Assembly: GCA_964252035.1 (NCBI GenBank) | Contig: CAXUOO010000189.1 | Origin: Podarcis erhardii | Taxonomy: Eukaryota | Reading direction: 5' to 3' (one strand) | Length of the DNA stretch: 64,000 nucleotides | Shown: positions 1-11,705 of the stretch, piece by piece | Position numbering within the stretch: the first letter of the stretch is position 1 | Layout of the letters: each line of letters starts with the position of its first letter | Translations under genes and position numbers: made by a program | Notes under the pieces: generated by a model | What the model was told of the DNA's origin: nothing | The model's input: only the letters and a program-made list of their open reading frames with translations | The model's database searches: none

Positions 1-99
1 CGGCGTCGAGACCGCTGCATTTGCGTTCTAATCAAGAAGTTCGTGTAGCTGCAGCAGAAACAGCTGTCATCGCTTGAATTTGTTTGCTAAGTTCATAAT

Positions 100-1279
100 T
101 CACACACTTCCATTTTCAGTAGTAGCAACAGCAACAGCAGAGCCTTTTGCTTTTTTCCTTTCTTGCTGAAGACGGGAGGAAGAGCGTTGTGCCTCAGTCA
201 CTGCATTTACCAGCTCTCCTCTTCTAGCCAGATGCCTATCAAATAGTCGTAACAAAGCAAGCAAACAAATGACGGCAAGCTGAACACAATTATGGTTAAT
301 CAATATAGTTACAGTTTTTTATATATATAGAGAGAGAGATATACGTATATGTATACGTTTTATACGTGTGGAGTTCATGCAAAATGGTTTTTAGTAGAAT
401 TTCATTATCGCATGAAATCAGCAATTTATATGCTACTACAGCTACGATTGCTATTGGAAGGACAAGAAACCACGTATATTTATGTATGTATATATATATA
501 TATATATTTGAGGTAGATGCATACACAGCAGAACTCTGTGTGAAGAGCTGTAGTGCGTCATACGCGAGAGGACATCGTATATAAGCTAATACATTGAGTA
601 TACCTAAAGAAGCCGTTTGTGCATGCGAAATACAAGTCAATTCTATTTCATCATTTGCAGTTTAACACCAAGAGACGTTGTTCGCTTCACGAAAAAAGAC
701 TGGATAGAGCATGCAAAGAATAAGTGGATAAATCCTATGTGTAGCAAACTGTGACTCACATTCACATATACATAAAGAAATACATATATATATATATATA
801 CGTATATATACGTATATATACGCATGTGTACGTTTGGGGATTTGCTTGTGAGCACATCCTACATATGCATGATGAACATACATATGAAAGTACATCAAAT
901 AGTGTGCATAAGTCTACGTGTAACTGTATGCATTATAGAAATTTATTCTTACCGCAGTATGCAGAGAATAAAGGGAACAAAGTCGTGGCGACGCCGGACA
1001 TTTTCTTTATGCCATCTCTGCAGCAGCAAATGGACCATTCTACGCTCAGTTGGTGCATGCAACTGTTCACGCTCAATTGAAACACAAGTATCTACACATA
1101 TACGTACATACCTATATGCGCGCCTTAAAATCCATATGGATGTTCACGCAAGAGGCTGAATACGCACTTTTCACATTTTTGCAGACGCACTTTCACCCAC
1201 CAACTTTAACAAAGAATACATATATATATATATACTTTATTGTCTAGATAATTCGTAGATACCGATGAATACACATTAC

Positions 1280-1311
<32 letters not shown>

Positions 1312-4300
1312 GTAATCAGTGCCCATATGTTCGTTCGACAAGCACACATACGCACATGTAAGATTCAACGCATGTGAAATCAATTATATGTATGTTTGAT
1401 TACAATCGACAGAAGAATTTGTATAGCTGCAAGTTTTGCGCAAAGCCTACCTATGGAATACATAGATATACATATAGACATATATAATTGAAAAAATTTA
1501 GACATAGTCTGGTACAAACATGATATACGTACACATCTTCATATATACGCACCATTTCGGCTCAGAAACTACATCTATATGTATATAATAAAGTTGACAG
1601 AACAAGGACGTTTCCTCAACGACGTTGTATTCGTACTGTTTGATGTTGATCACAGTCATCAATAATACTGTTTGGCCTTCCGTACTTGCACATGTAAATT
1701 GAAGTAAATACATTTATATACATATATATATTAACATCCAGATGCATAGCTTTGCATTACCTCAGTTCACATTACACTCAACACTGATGCGCGTAATATT
1801 ACGTATATGTATACAATTCTGGTATTTCAAAATTCGTGGAAATATATGCTGATATGCAATTGCAGCTAAACTCTATAAAATGTAGAATCAGATTGGTGCA
1901 CAGACATTATCACATAAACTATCTTGATATAATATGGTAGCCGTGCATAGTTATTCATACATATTTCTAGGGCTGTATCTGTTACCTCGCTTTCTTGTTG
2001 CTCATTATGTATGTCTCCAAATCACATATTACATTTTGGAATGGCTTATATGCTACATATACATATAACATTTTTGACAGGCCTATATAATATAATTACT
2101 GATATTGCTTGAATACGTATGTAGCTACATATGATGTCAAAAGACATATATGTATCTACGCATGAAGGAGACAAACTTATATATGCATATATAAAGAGAG
2201 AGAGACGGAGACATAGAGAGGGAAATCGAAGCATGCTTGCTTTCATATATGACATCTCAGTCTCGAAAATACATATATATATATATATATATTTACATAA
2301 TTATAATTTTTTTTTTTCTACACACACATTCCATCCATAGACTTCCAGTTGTTCATGTCCAGATAATCACATACATATAGAAATACATAATTGAATATAT
2401 GTATATATGTAGAATTGTCACTTACATAAGTATACAGCTCTGGTGTATCCTCTGTTCTGTTGATCTTTCCAATTCGTGATATTGTATGCTGGTATGCAAT
2501 CACAGCTGAATTGTATCAGAGTGTAAACTCAAAATGATGCATATATGAGTACATCTATTTACGTTTATATATATATATGTTTTCGAGTAGAGATGGGTGT
2601 CACTCTCCGCAATTGCTCATTCTAAATATATGTATTATAAATCTTTTATTATTAATCTCATACATAAATTCCAGAGCTGTGTCTGATACCTCGCGTTTTT
2701 GTTGCTCTTCCATTTCTTGTAACTTCAAAAAAGCCTTCTGCTCTTCAGCAACTCGAACGACCTGAAATGAATTTCAATGCACGCTCTGCATAAGCATGAA
2801 GAAGTATATATATGTCTCTCTCTCTCTCAATATATATTCTTCGACTGTGTATATGCATGCATTGACACAAATATATATATATATATACATACGTAAGTAT
2901 ATATATGTAAGTCACATATACAGAAACACATGCTGTGTTGGTTTTTTGTCCCTCACATCCGGTATATGTACATACATACAAGTATTTAAACACACAAATA
3001 GTTACCTATCTACGTCTACGTATAAGTTCCTTCCAGGTGTACAGACACCCTCGAGTAGAAAGTTCGCCGAAACGTACGCATATATTTCGTGTCAGAAACC
3101 ATGTGACGAAACTATACAACGATTCAAAACATGAGCATCATATACGTAGGAAATCAGCAGAGTAGATTATAGACAAGTACAGATATGTATTTGTAAAGAC
3201 TGAGTTTGAAACAGTAAATCACGAGAGTATATACTTCTTTCAAAGCTTGAATATCTTCAGGCAAATCCTCGATTGTAATTGCTTCAGGAGAAGTTGCATC
3301 ATCTTCGACTTCATCAAACAACTCCAAATCTTCACCAAGGCTAATGCGCTTTACATTTGCTCGTTGAATCACCAGTCTGTTCGCACACACCCACACACTC
3401 ATTCACACACTTGTCATGATATGCATGCACAAGACAAGCACTTCAATATTTGTCCAAACATATACAGAAATTCAAGAAAACCAGCTAGTGGATCAGTCAG
3501 AATTTACCTATAGAGTACACGCTCTCATCTTCATACACATACCATTCGAATCTCTGAGTGTTAACTAGACCCACATACAAATCTGTACAAAAACGCGTTT
3601 ACATATAAAGTTATTTCTACTCTACCAAATTTTCAAACTTCTCAAATAAGACATCCACACACACCACATTGGCCTAGAGTGACATTCATCTCTACTCACA
3701 AACATATATATATATATAATGAGCAACTGCGTAGAGTGACACCCATCTTCACTCAAAAACATATAAATATATAGATTTTATATACATATATATATATAAT
3801 GAGCAATTGCGTAGAGTGACACCCATCTCTACTCGAAAACATATATATATATACATATATGCAGATATATCTATATATTGATATATAGATATATATATAT
3901 ATATATAGAATGAGCAAATGCAAAGGAAGTCTTCACTATCTTAGCGGCAGAAGCATCAACAAAGCAGTAAAAGCAGCAAAGACGTCCGTAGCCTTTGTAC
4001 AGGAGAGAAGGCATGACTGCATGCAAAAAGCGAGTAGCTGCCGCATGCAACAAAGGAGTAGCAATAGAAAGAGTAGTCGCCTCGAGCGAAGAAAAAGAGA
4101 CATTGCATGCAAAAAGAAGCCGTGATGACTGCACATGCAGAGGAAGAAGAAGACGCAGCAGCCTTTTTGCTTGCAGGAATTGGAGTAGTAAGTGCATGCA
4201 GTTCGTAATTACATGCAGAAGAAGAAGCAGTCGCAGGCAGTTTCGACGACGACTGCTGCATGCAAAGAAAGTGGGAGAAGCTTCATGCAGAAATGAGAAG

Positions 4301-4685
4301 AAGGTCGATGGAAAAGAAGTAGCTGCATGCAGTAGCTACAGTAGTAGCTAAGAGTAGTTCCACCACAAGACATATATATATAGAGAGAGAGGGGAGAGTA
4401 GTAGTTGAAAAGCGACATGAAAGCTCAGAAGTTTGAGGAAAGAGTGGCAGAGCAGCCGCAGAGCTCACGAGAGAAGGCACGTCAATTTCTTCAATATGAG
4501 CGTGAAAAACCGAAAACGATCTATTCAACATACTGGAATTCCAGCATCCTGAGAAGCCGGTTTTTTCGCACACAAAGAGATAAACAGCTGCATCGACATC
4601 GACTTCAGCAGGATTGGATATATATGTGTGGATTATGTGTGGGTGTAAACACATCAAAGAATTGGAACCAAGTTCCCACATATAC

Positions 4686-4720
<35 letters not shown>

Positions 4721-5080
4721 TGGATAGGGTCGAAGCACACATACCGTTGACGCAGCAATTCCTCTTGAATTTTGGGCAGAGAGTCTTCAACCACCGCCAT
4801 CAAGTTGAACCGAAGCTCTCTTGAAGCTGTTCCCTGAATTCTAAGTCAGAAACCCTCAATAAATCACAGCAGCGAATCCTCCAATGGCAGACTCACAGCT
4901 CTACTGTGTGCAAGTGTTTTATCGTGAAAAAACGAAAGTGAAGGCCACCACAGAGCAAGTCGTTTTAGCCATAAAACAGCCACATATGTAACCATAAAGC
5001 AGGCATAATAGCGCACACTCATCATAGTATAGCACCAACTAGAGCAGTCATAGCAGCCATCATACTAGTAATACTAGTAC

Positions 5081-5152
<72 letters not shown>

Positions 5153-6345
5153 GCATACTAGCAGCATAGTGGAAAAACTACAGCAAAACAGCCCTACTAC
5201 TAGCAGTCATACAAGCAGTCCTACTAATAGCAGCCATAGTAGCAGTCATAGCAGCAGCTATAGTAGAAGTTATAGCAGCAGCTATAGTAGCAGTCATAGC
5301 AGCAGCTATAGTAGAAGTTATAGCAGCAGCTATAGTAGCAGTCATAGCAGCAGCTATAGTAGAAGTTATAGCAGCAGCTATAGTAGAAGTTATAGCAGCA
5401 GCTATAGTGGAAGTCAAGCAGCAGGTATAGTAGAAGTTATAGCAGCAGCTATAGTAGCAGTCATAGCAGCAGCTATAGTAGAAGTTATAGCAGCAGCTAT
5501 AGTAGAAGTTATAGCAGCAGCTATAGTGGAAGTCAAGCAGCAGGTATAGTAGAAGTTATAGCAGCAGCTATAGTAGAAGTTATAGCAGCAGCTATAGTAG
5601 AAGTCGTAGCAGCAGCTATAGTGGAAGTCGTAGCAGCAGCTATAGTGGAAGTTATAGCAGCAGCTATAGTGGAAGTCATAGCAGCAGCTATAGAAGAAGT
5701 TATAGCAGCAGCTATAGTAGAAGTTATAGCAGCAGCTATAGTGGAAGTTATAGCAGCAGCTATAGTGGAAGTCGTAGCTGCACAGCTGAAGCAGTAGAGA
5801 AAAAGGGATGCAGCGTAGGATAAGAGCAAATGCTGAGAAAGTGCCAATAAGCAGCAGTAGTAGTTCAGAGAACAACGGTTGAAGGTGCGACGATACGAAT
5901 GAGGAGGAATGGAAACGTTGAAGCAGTGACAGAAGCACTTGTTGAGGCAACAACATTTAGTAGAGGAGTAGCGCCTATAGTTGTAGGCTTTTGAACGACT
6001 GCTGCAGCACTTTTTTATCATAAAAAAAACGTGCAAACAAAAGCAGATACGAGCATTCCATATTTCTTCTGCAGATTCCAGTGAGAAGCGTACTATACTT
6101 AAAAAAGAAGGGAAAAACTTCATGGTGAAGAAATGAAGGTTTCAAGCAGTTATTTTCGATCATGCAGCGATACGTAGGAAACACGAATGCAGTGTATTTC
6201 TTGGAACATCATAGACATCACAATCATGTACCTGTACGTATACGTAAAGAGATTGTTCAAAAAAGGATGTATTGTAGTCAAGCTTACCGTCCTTCTATAT
6301 ATTAATGTAGAGCATGGTATACATATATAAATGTATGTCTGCCCA

Positions 6346-6394
<49 letters not shown>

Positions 6395-7008
6395 GATGCT
6401 GCACTGTACACATAAATCGCGCCCTCTTTTGGATAAATGATGCACATGTCGTCGAGAAAAATTTTCAGTATGCACTCATTATTACATGTCTCTATATCTG
6501 AGTAATCTTAGATGCTCAAACTGTCCCTCTTTCACGCAGGAACTCTTCTGTAGAATCCAAAAATGCTCCCTGTTTCTAAATATATATATATATATATATG
6601 TATATGCAGTAAAGCAATACGTATCTCAAATCGTATAGAGTCTTCTCATCAACTCTTCACATCTTAATCTGTGTGAGTTTGCATACATCACCCTTCTTAC
6701 TCCATTTATGCATATATATATATATATATACACGTGAATATACAAATACGGTGCTTTTTTTTAAAAATGTTATTATATATGTACATACGTATTGACACGT
6801 CCTCTGAGTGTCTCCAATGTAAATTCATGGAAGACTAACACGAGTAATTGTGTCTGTATACACATGTATTTAGCAAGCATTTGCATGAGTGACAGCAACA
6901 AGTAAATGTTGTTGATATTGTGAAAAAAGAAGATGAAAAACTTGCACAGGATTCAATATATATAGGCTATACAACCTTGAGTATATGTGCATACTTGCAA
7001 GAATATAT

Positions 7009-7075
<67 letters not shown>

Positions 7076-7443
7076 GTGACTGGTCATACATATTCGCTAC
7101 AGGTGAGTACTCCACGGTTTTATATGTACACATATTCGGAGTTTGACATTGCTGACGAAAAACAATCAAGAAGATAACCAATGTTTGTCTCAGCTCCAGT
7201 ATAAGACAAAAAAAATAATATATATATATATGTATCATTGTCTATAAACTTATACTATGTAGACGTACACAGGGTGAAGACTACACATATTTGAGTACAT
7301 ATATTCAAGTACACATACATATTTTGTAGAAAAATTGAGTGCTTAGTCGAGACCACGGCCGAGGCTCGGTGGCTGCTTCGAGACTTGGTAAGAAAGGATT
7401 ACAATCAAAAGCAATAATCTAAATAATTCAGCAAATGCGAAAC

Positions 7444-7515
<72 letters not shown>

Positions 7516-8158
7516 GCATACATATATTCTTATAGTGGGGCACAAAACTAGATACACCCAATGTATACGAGTATATCAATGCAGCCATTTTATACTATAT
7601 ATATATATGAAACAGCTGATCGAGCGGAAGAGAGAGAGAGAGATTGGTCCGGTTTACTATAATCAGGAACAAAAATATGTATGAATATGTACACATATAT
7701 ACTCAACATGTGTAGTGGATATACCTGGCTACGCGTTGCTTCACTCGCTTTCGCACAAGTTCATACCAACTGTCTTCCGTGCAACTTCCTAAACAATGCG
7801 GTTTCTGCAATCAAAGAGAGGAAAGAGCGCATGCACTTATCAATACCCACAATGAATACGAGGTGTTTTTTCAATTGATGTCGATAGTAGGGTAGGTAAG
7901 GCAATTTTATACTCCATTCATATATATATATATATATATGCATATGTTCTTACATATGTATTCGACTTTACGGGCTCTTTTCAGTCAGTGAAATAAGATA
8001 GCAGTGTAAGTGTAATATTCTAGTTCAGACTTCACACACTTAGCGAGGCATCAAAGCGCACTTAAAACACAACAAATGCACCATATCCTACCTGTCCATT
8101 TGTACCGCTACACATTGTATACATATACATATATATATATATATATATATATGTATGA

Positions 8159-8202
<44 letters not shown>

Positions 8203-8941
8203 TTACGTATATTTAGAGAGAGAGAGAGGGGGTATATACACTAGGGGAATGCAAAAGAACTCTTAATAAATAGTTTACGTATATGTAAAGAGAAATCGAG
8301 TCCTTCGTGTCTGAACTGAAAAACTGAAACAGCACACAATCATGCACGGAGGATGAGATCACGCTCAGAGGCACATGCAAATGCTTGCTATTTATATGTC
8401 TACAAACACATACACACATATATGACTGTACATAGCTACATAGGGCGTATATAGCTTGCATGCCAGTATTCACAATATTTGCAGCATACGTATAACATAC
8501 GTCGAAAGGAAACTTGTGAGGCGATCAAAGTTGACAAATTGCAGTTTTTCGAGATACAGAAGAGTGCATGGAATCATCATCCTATGCGTTCACGAGCTGG
8601 TATATGATTTAGCATTCGAGAGAGACAAATTATGCATAAATACATATTTACTCGCATTCTACTTATGCCTATTCGACACATCATCATTTACATATGAAAT
8701 ATATAACTTGTATATATATATATATATATATATATAGATAGGTGAAGATCAGGATAGAAGTCTGATGTAAGCGCATGGATGAATTGCCTCGTAGAAGGGA
8801 CAGACGATTATCTAAGTTAGGTGCAGATATGCACATAAATCATTATAAGTTGTGCTGCATATCCAACACCTTTTAGCTAGCAGCCACCCAATTCGTTGTT
8901 TCATATATGCATCGCTATGCATAAGTGCAACTCTATGGATT

Positions 8942-8981
<40 letters not shown>

Positions 8982-11705
8982 TAGATAGATATATATATAT
9001 AGAGAGAGAGAGAGTTGCACGCACAAAAAATGAAATGCAGCGTATACACAGGCAAACACGTAGACATAGAGCGAGATGTATACAATGTTTACACCTCTGT
9101 ATATATCCATATAAGAAAAGTCGACATACGTCTTGTAGTCCATCAATTTCGTAAGCTTTTCCCTTGAAGAAAAGATAAGAAACAAAATGGAAGGCATCTT
9201 CCTGACCTTTGTCAGAATCGTCTGTTGTCCAGTCAAATGGGCTTGCGCTTTTGAAAGAGTTGTGTGCCGCTCTTATCGTTTCCCTAAAAAAGATTGAGCG
9301 AAGGTTTTTGAAGCGCATGTATTGAAGAAGTAGTCTCATCTACATCTTTCGTATTTGTCGACTACTCCGGCGCTAAAAAATATATATATATATGTATATA
9401 TATAGTAGGAAGCTAGTTATGATACGTGCGAGGTTTATACAAAGTGAGGTAGATTGATGGCTTCAAACACAGAGCAGATAGGATCTGCAGAGTCATAGTT
9501 GATGGATGAAATCAGCGAATTAATGCCGCTTCCTCATTGCATACCATCGGAAATTCCATGATACACTAATATATATATATATATATATATGAATATTATT
9601 AAATCATGGACGTACGTAGGCTTTGATTGTTCAAAATGGAGTTTACATAGAGTGTAGGAATTTCTATAGCTAACGGATCGAGGAGTCGTAGACCGTGCCT
9701 GATCTTCCTTACACTATTTGTCAGGCATCGTACACACCCAGCATTTTACTTCTATCCTTCATCTCTCCAGCTAGACAAAATACAAGCATATAAATATACA
9801 TATATTTATATATATATATATATATATTATGGGGTATATTAGTGCCGGACTACTGTACCTGTTGTGAGACGCGAGTTGCAAGACTGAAGTTACGAGTAAG
9901 AGATAGAATACGCACGAGCTGTATCAACAGGAATGATATAACTTGAAAGAAACGATGCAAACAGTGAAAACCACGGATGCGAGTAGAAAGAATCTTACTA
10001 GAAAAGAAGCGATTTTTCAACAAGATTACGTGAATAATTTAGAAACACATTTACATTAGCACAAATATACATATATATATATATTGTGTATATGTGAATG
10101 ATAGGATTGAGAAATTTCTGATCAGCAACAGCGTAGTTGAAAAAAACGTAATTGAAAGGGAAGTATAAAAGAACTGAAGAGGTAGGTCCTTTTACCGCTT
10201 TTCCACGCATGTGAAAGTCGAGAAATCAACTCAACAGCCGTTTATGTGTAACACAGCTCTAGCCCCCGCTGAAGAACACATTCAAATTGTGTCTCCGTGC
10301 ATGTGAGCAAGAAACTGTTCCTACTCTGTACCACATATATCCGAATACAGATACACTTCTGCAGGTACAGACACACATATATACCACAGAAAATAACTAA
10401 ATATATGTGTATATGACTCCTGCAGCGCTGGTGTGTATTTGTTAGCCCCTCTGCTCGTCAATCGAAGAAACCTACGAGTTCCCTATCGCCTCTCCACGCA
10501 TGTGAGGATCGCGGAAATCTTTCGTGAACTCTACAAGAGACTCTACAGTAGGTCCGAGTCCTGCAATTTCCTCGCGTTTGTTGATCAAAACTGAGAGAAT
10601 GGCTTGACTTGCACATGCGTTCGTAATCACCTGTTGTCCCCATATGCGCACAAAAACCAGATTTTAAACGAATAAGACTTTGCTGAAGGATACAGAGAAG
10701 GCAGAAGCAACACTGACGAGTATTTCGTCTGTTCAACACTCTCCACTCTGCTGCTGCATGGTTCGCTGTCAGCCAGCTGCAAAAAAACGAGGGCCACTGC
10801 TGCGAAAATTCGCACATACAGACATCTGCATCTTGTCTCTCGAAACACACACCAGCACCTGACGCATACGAATTTTGTGAACCGCACCCTTCAATCAGAC
10901 CCTTAGTTTCGCTTACACTTATGTCTAGAGTCTGTCTCTACAAACGTGGCCACTAAACACACGGACTTGCATACCGCCTCTTTCCACCACCCCAAAAAGG
11001 TACTCCTGGAAACTCTGTTTTGCGCGAAAAAGACAGACAAGAAACTGTGGCTGTCTCTGAGTCGCAGAGAGTGAATAAGCAGTGCTTTTTCCACGACTCT
11101 CTCTCTCGAACTGTAGACTAACACTGCGCTGATGAGACTCTCGTCGGTGGCTGTACCTGTTTGGCGAAGAAAAGCCCTTCAGGAAAGACGTCACTGGCGC
11201 TCTGTGAGTCAGTTTCGACGCCCATATCAAGAGCAGCGCAGTTTGGAGTGGACTCCACCAAGTTTTCCACCTTTTCTCCCTCTCTTTTTTCAACTCCTGC
11301 GCCCTCTTCCTTGGTTTTCTGCTGAAGCTGCTGCCGCCTTTCAGCAGCTGCAGCGGCAGCCGCAGCAGGTCGAGTCTCGGCCCCAACTGCAGTGGGGGCA
11401 ACTCCGCCTTGATCTTTGCTCCAATTGTAGAGGAAAATGAAGCCAAACACTTTGCGCTGCTTCTGCTGGGGGGAAATGTTCTGCTGCAGCGGACAGCGAT
11501 TGCGAACTGCAGCGAAGCTTTCTTCGTCGAGGCCAAACACTTCTTCGAAAGCCACGCCACGCACTCCTATTTTCTCCACCAACTCGGTGAAAACTCCTGG
11601 GTCGCTCTCTATGAGGCACCACCGACTGCTGCTGTTGTGTTCGCTGCTCCTGTTGTTCAAGCCAGCCATTGCAGCTCCTCGCTTTTCTCTTCCGCCTGAA
11701 CCCAT
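100..11705 (-). CDS. UCHL5: Ubiquitin C-terminal hydrolase UCH37/UCHL5 (peptidase C12), 9 exons, about 482 aa
   Basis: Phase-consistent GT-AG exons: 11705-11157, 10630-10476, 9283-9130, 7804-7725, 4840-4745, 3376-3235, 2761-2690, 1017-953, 235-100 (1449 nt including stop). Motifs: WCLIESDPGVFTEL, FFAKQ|VITNACASQAILS (oxyanion Q, catalytic C), AHNSF, AFHFVSY...YEIDG (catalytic H, D), ELRFNLMAVV, and the UCH37-type tail WHKENVRRRHDFVPFILCILRHL. An alternative ATG lies 12 codons downstream. Confidence 0.96.
3675..3922. repeat. Three-copy intronic module TAGAGTGACACCCATCT(C)TACTC-(TA)n-AATGAGCAA(C/T/A)TGC
   Basis: Copies start at 3675, 3732 and 3812. A conserved core is separated by (TA)n tracts of different length. 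Lies in UCHL5 intron 5. Confidence 0.85.
5082..5151. repeat. (AGT)n microsatellite, about 23 units
   Basis: Perfect trinucleotide run, directly visible, inside UCHL5 intron 4. Confidence 0.97.
5230..5780. repeat. 24-bp minisatellite (consensus AGCAGCAGCTATAGTAGAAGTTAT), about 23 units
   Basis: Tandem units with variants ...GTAGCAGTCAT and ...GTGGAAGTCGT. It produces the SSSYSRSY / AAAIVEVI / TSTIAAAI / CCYNFYYS ORFs in the track. Lies in UCHL5 intron 4 (4841-7724). Confidence 0.95.

Noticed and set aside
3675-3922. CRISPR-like repeat/spacer appearance
   Set aside because: The spacers are TA microsatellite, there are only three copies, the context is a eukaryotic intron, and there are no cas genes.
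5169-6123. Long ORFs 5169-5549, 5414-5956 and 5533-6123 as proteins
   Set aside because: They arise from the 24-bp minisatellite, lack convincing starts, and lie inside a UCHL5 intron whose flanking exons already join in phase.
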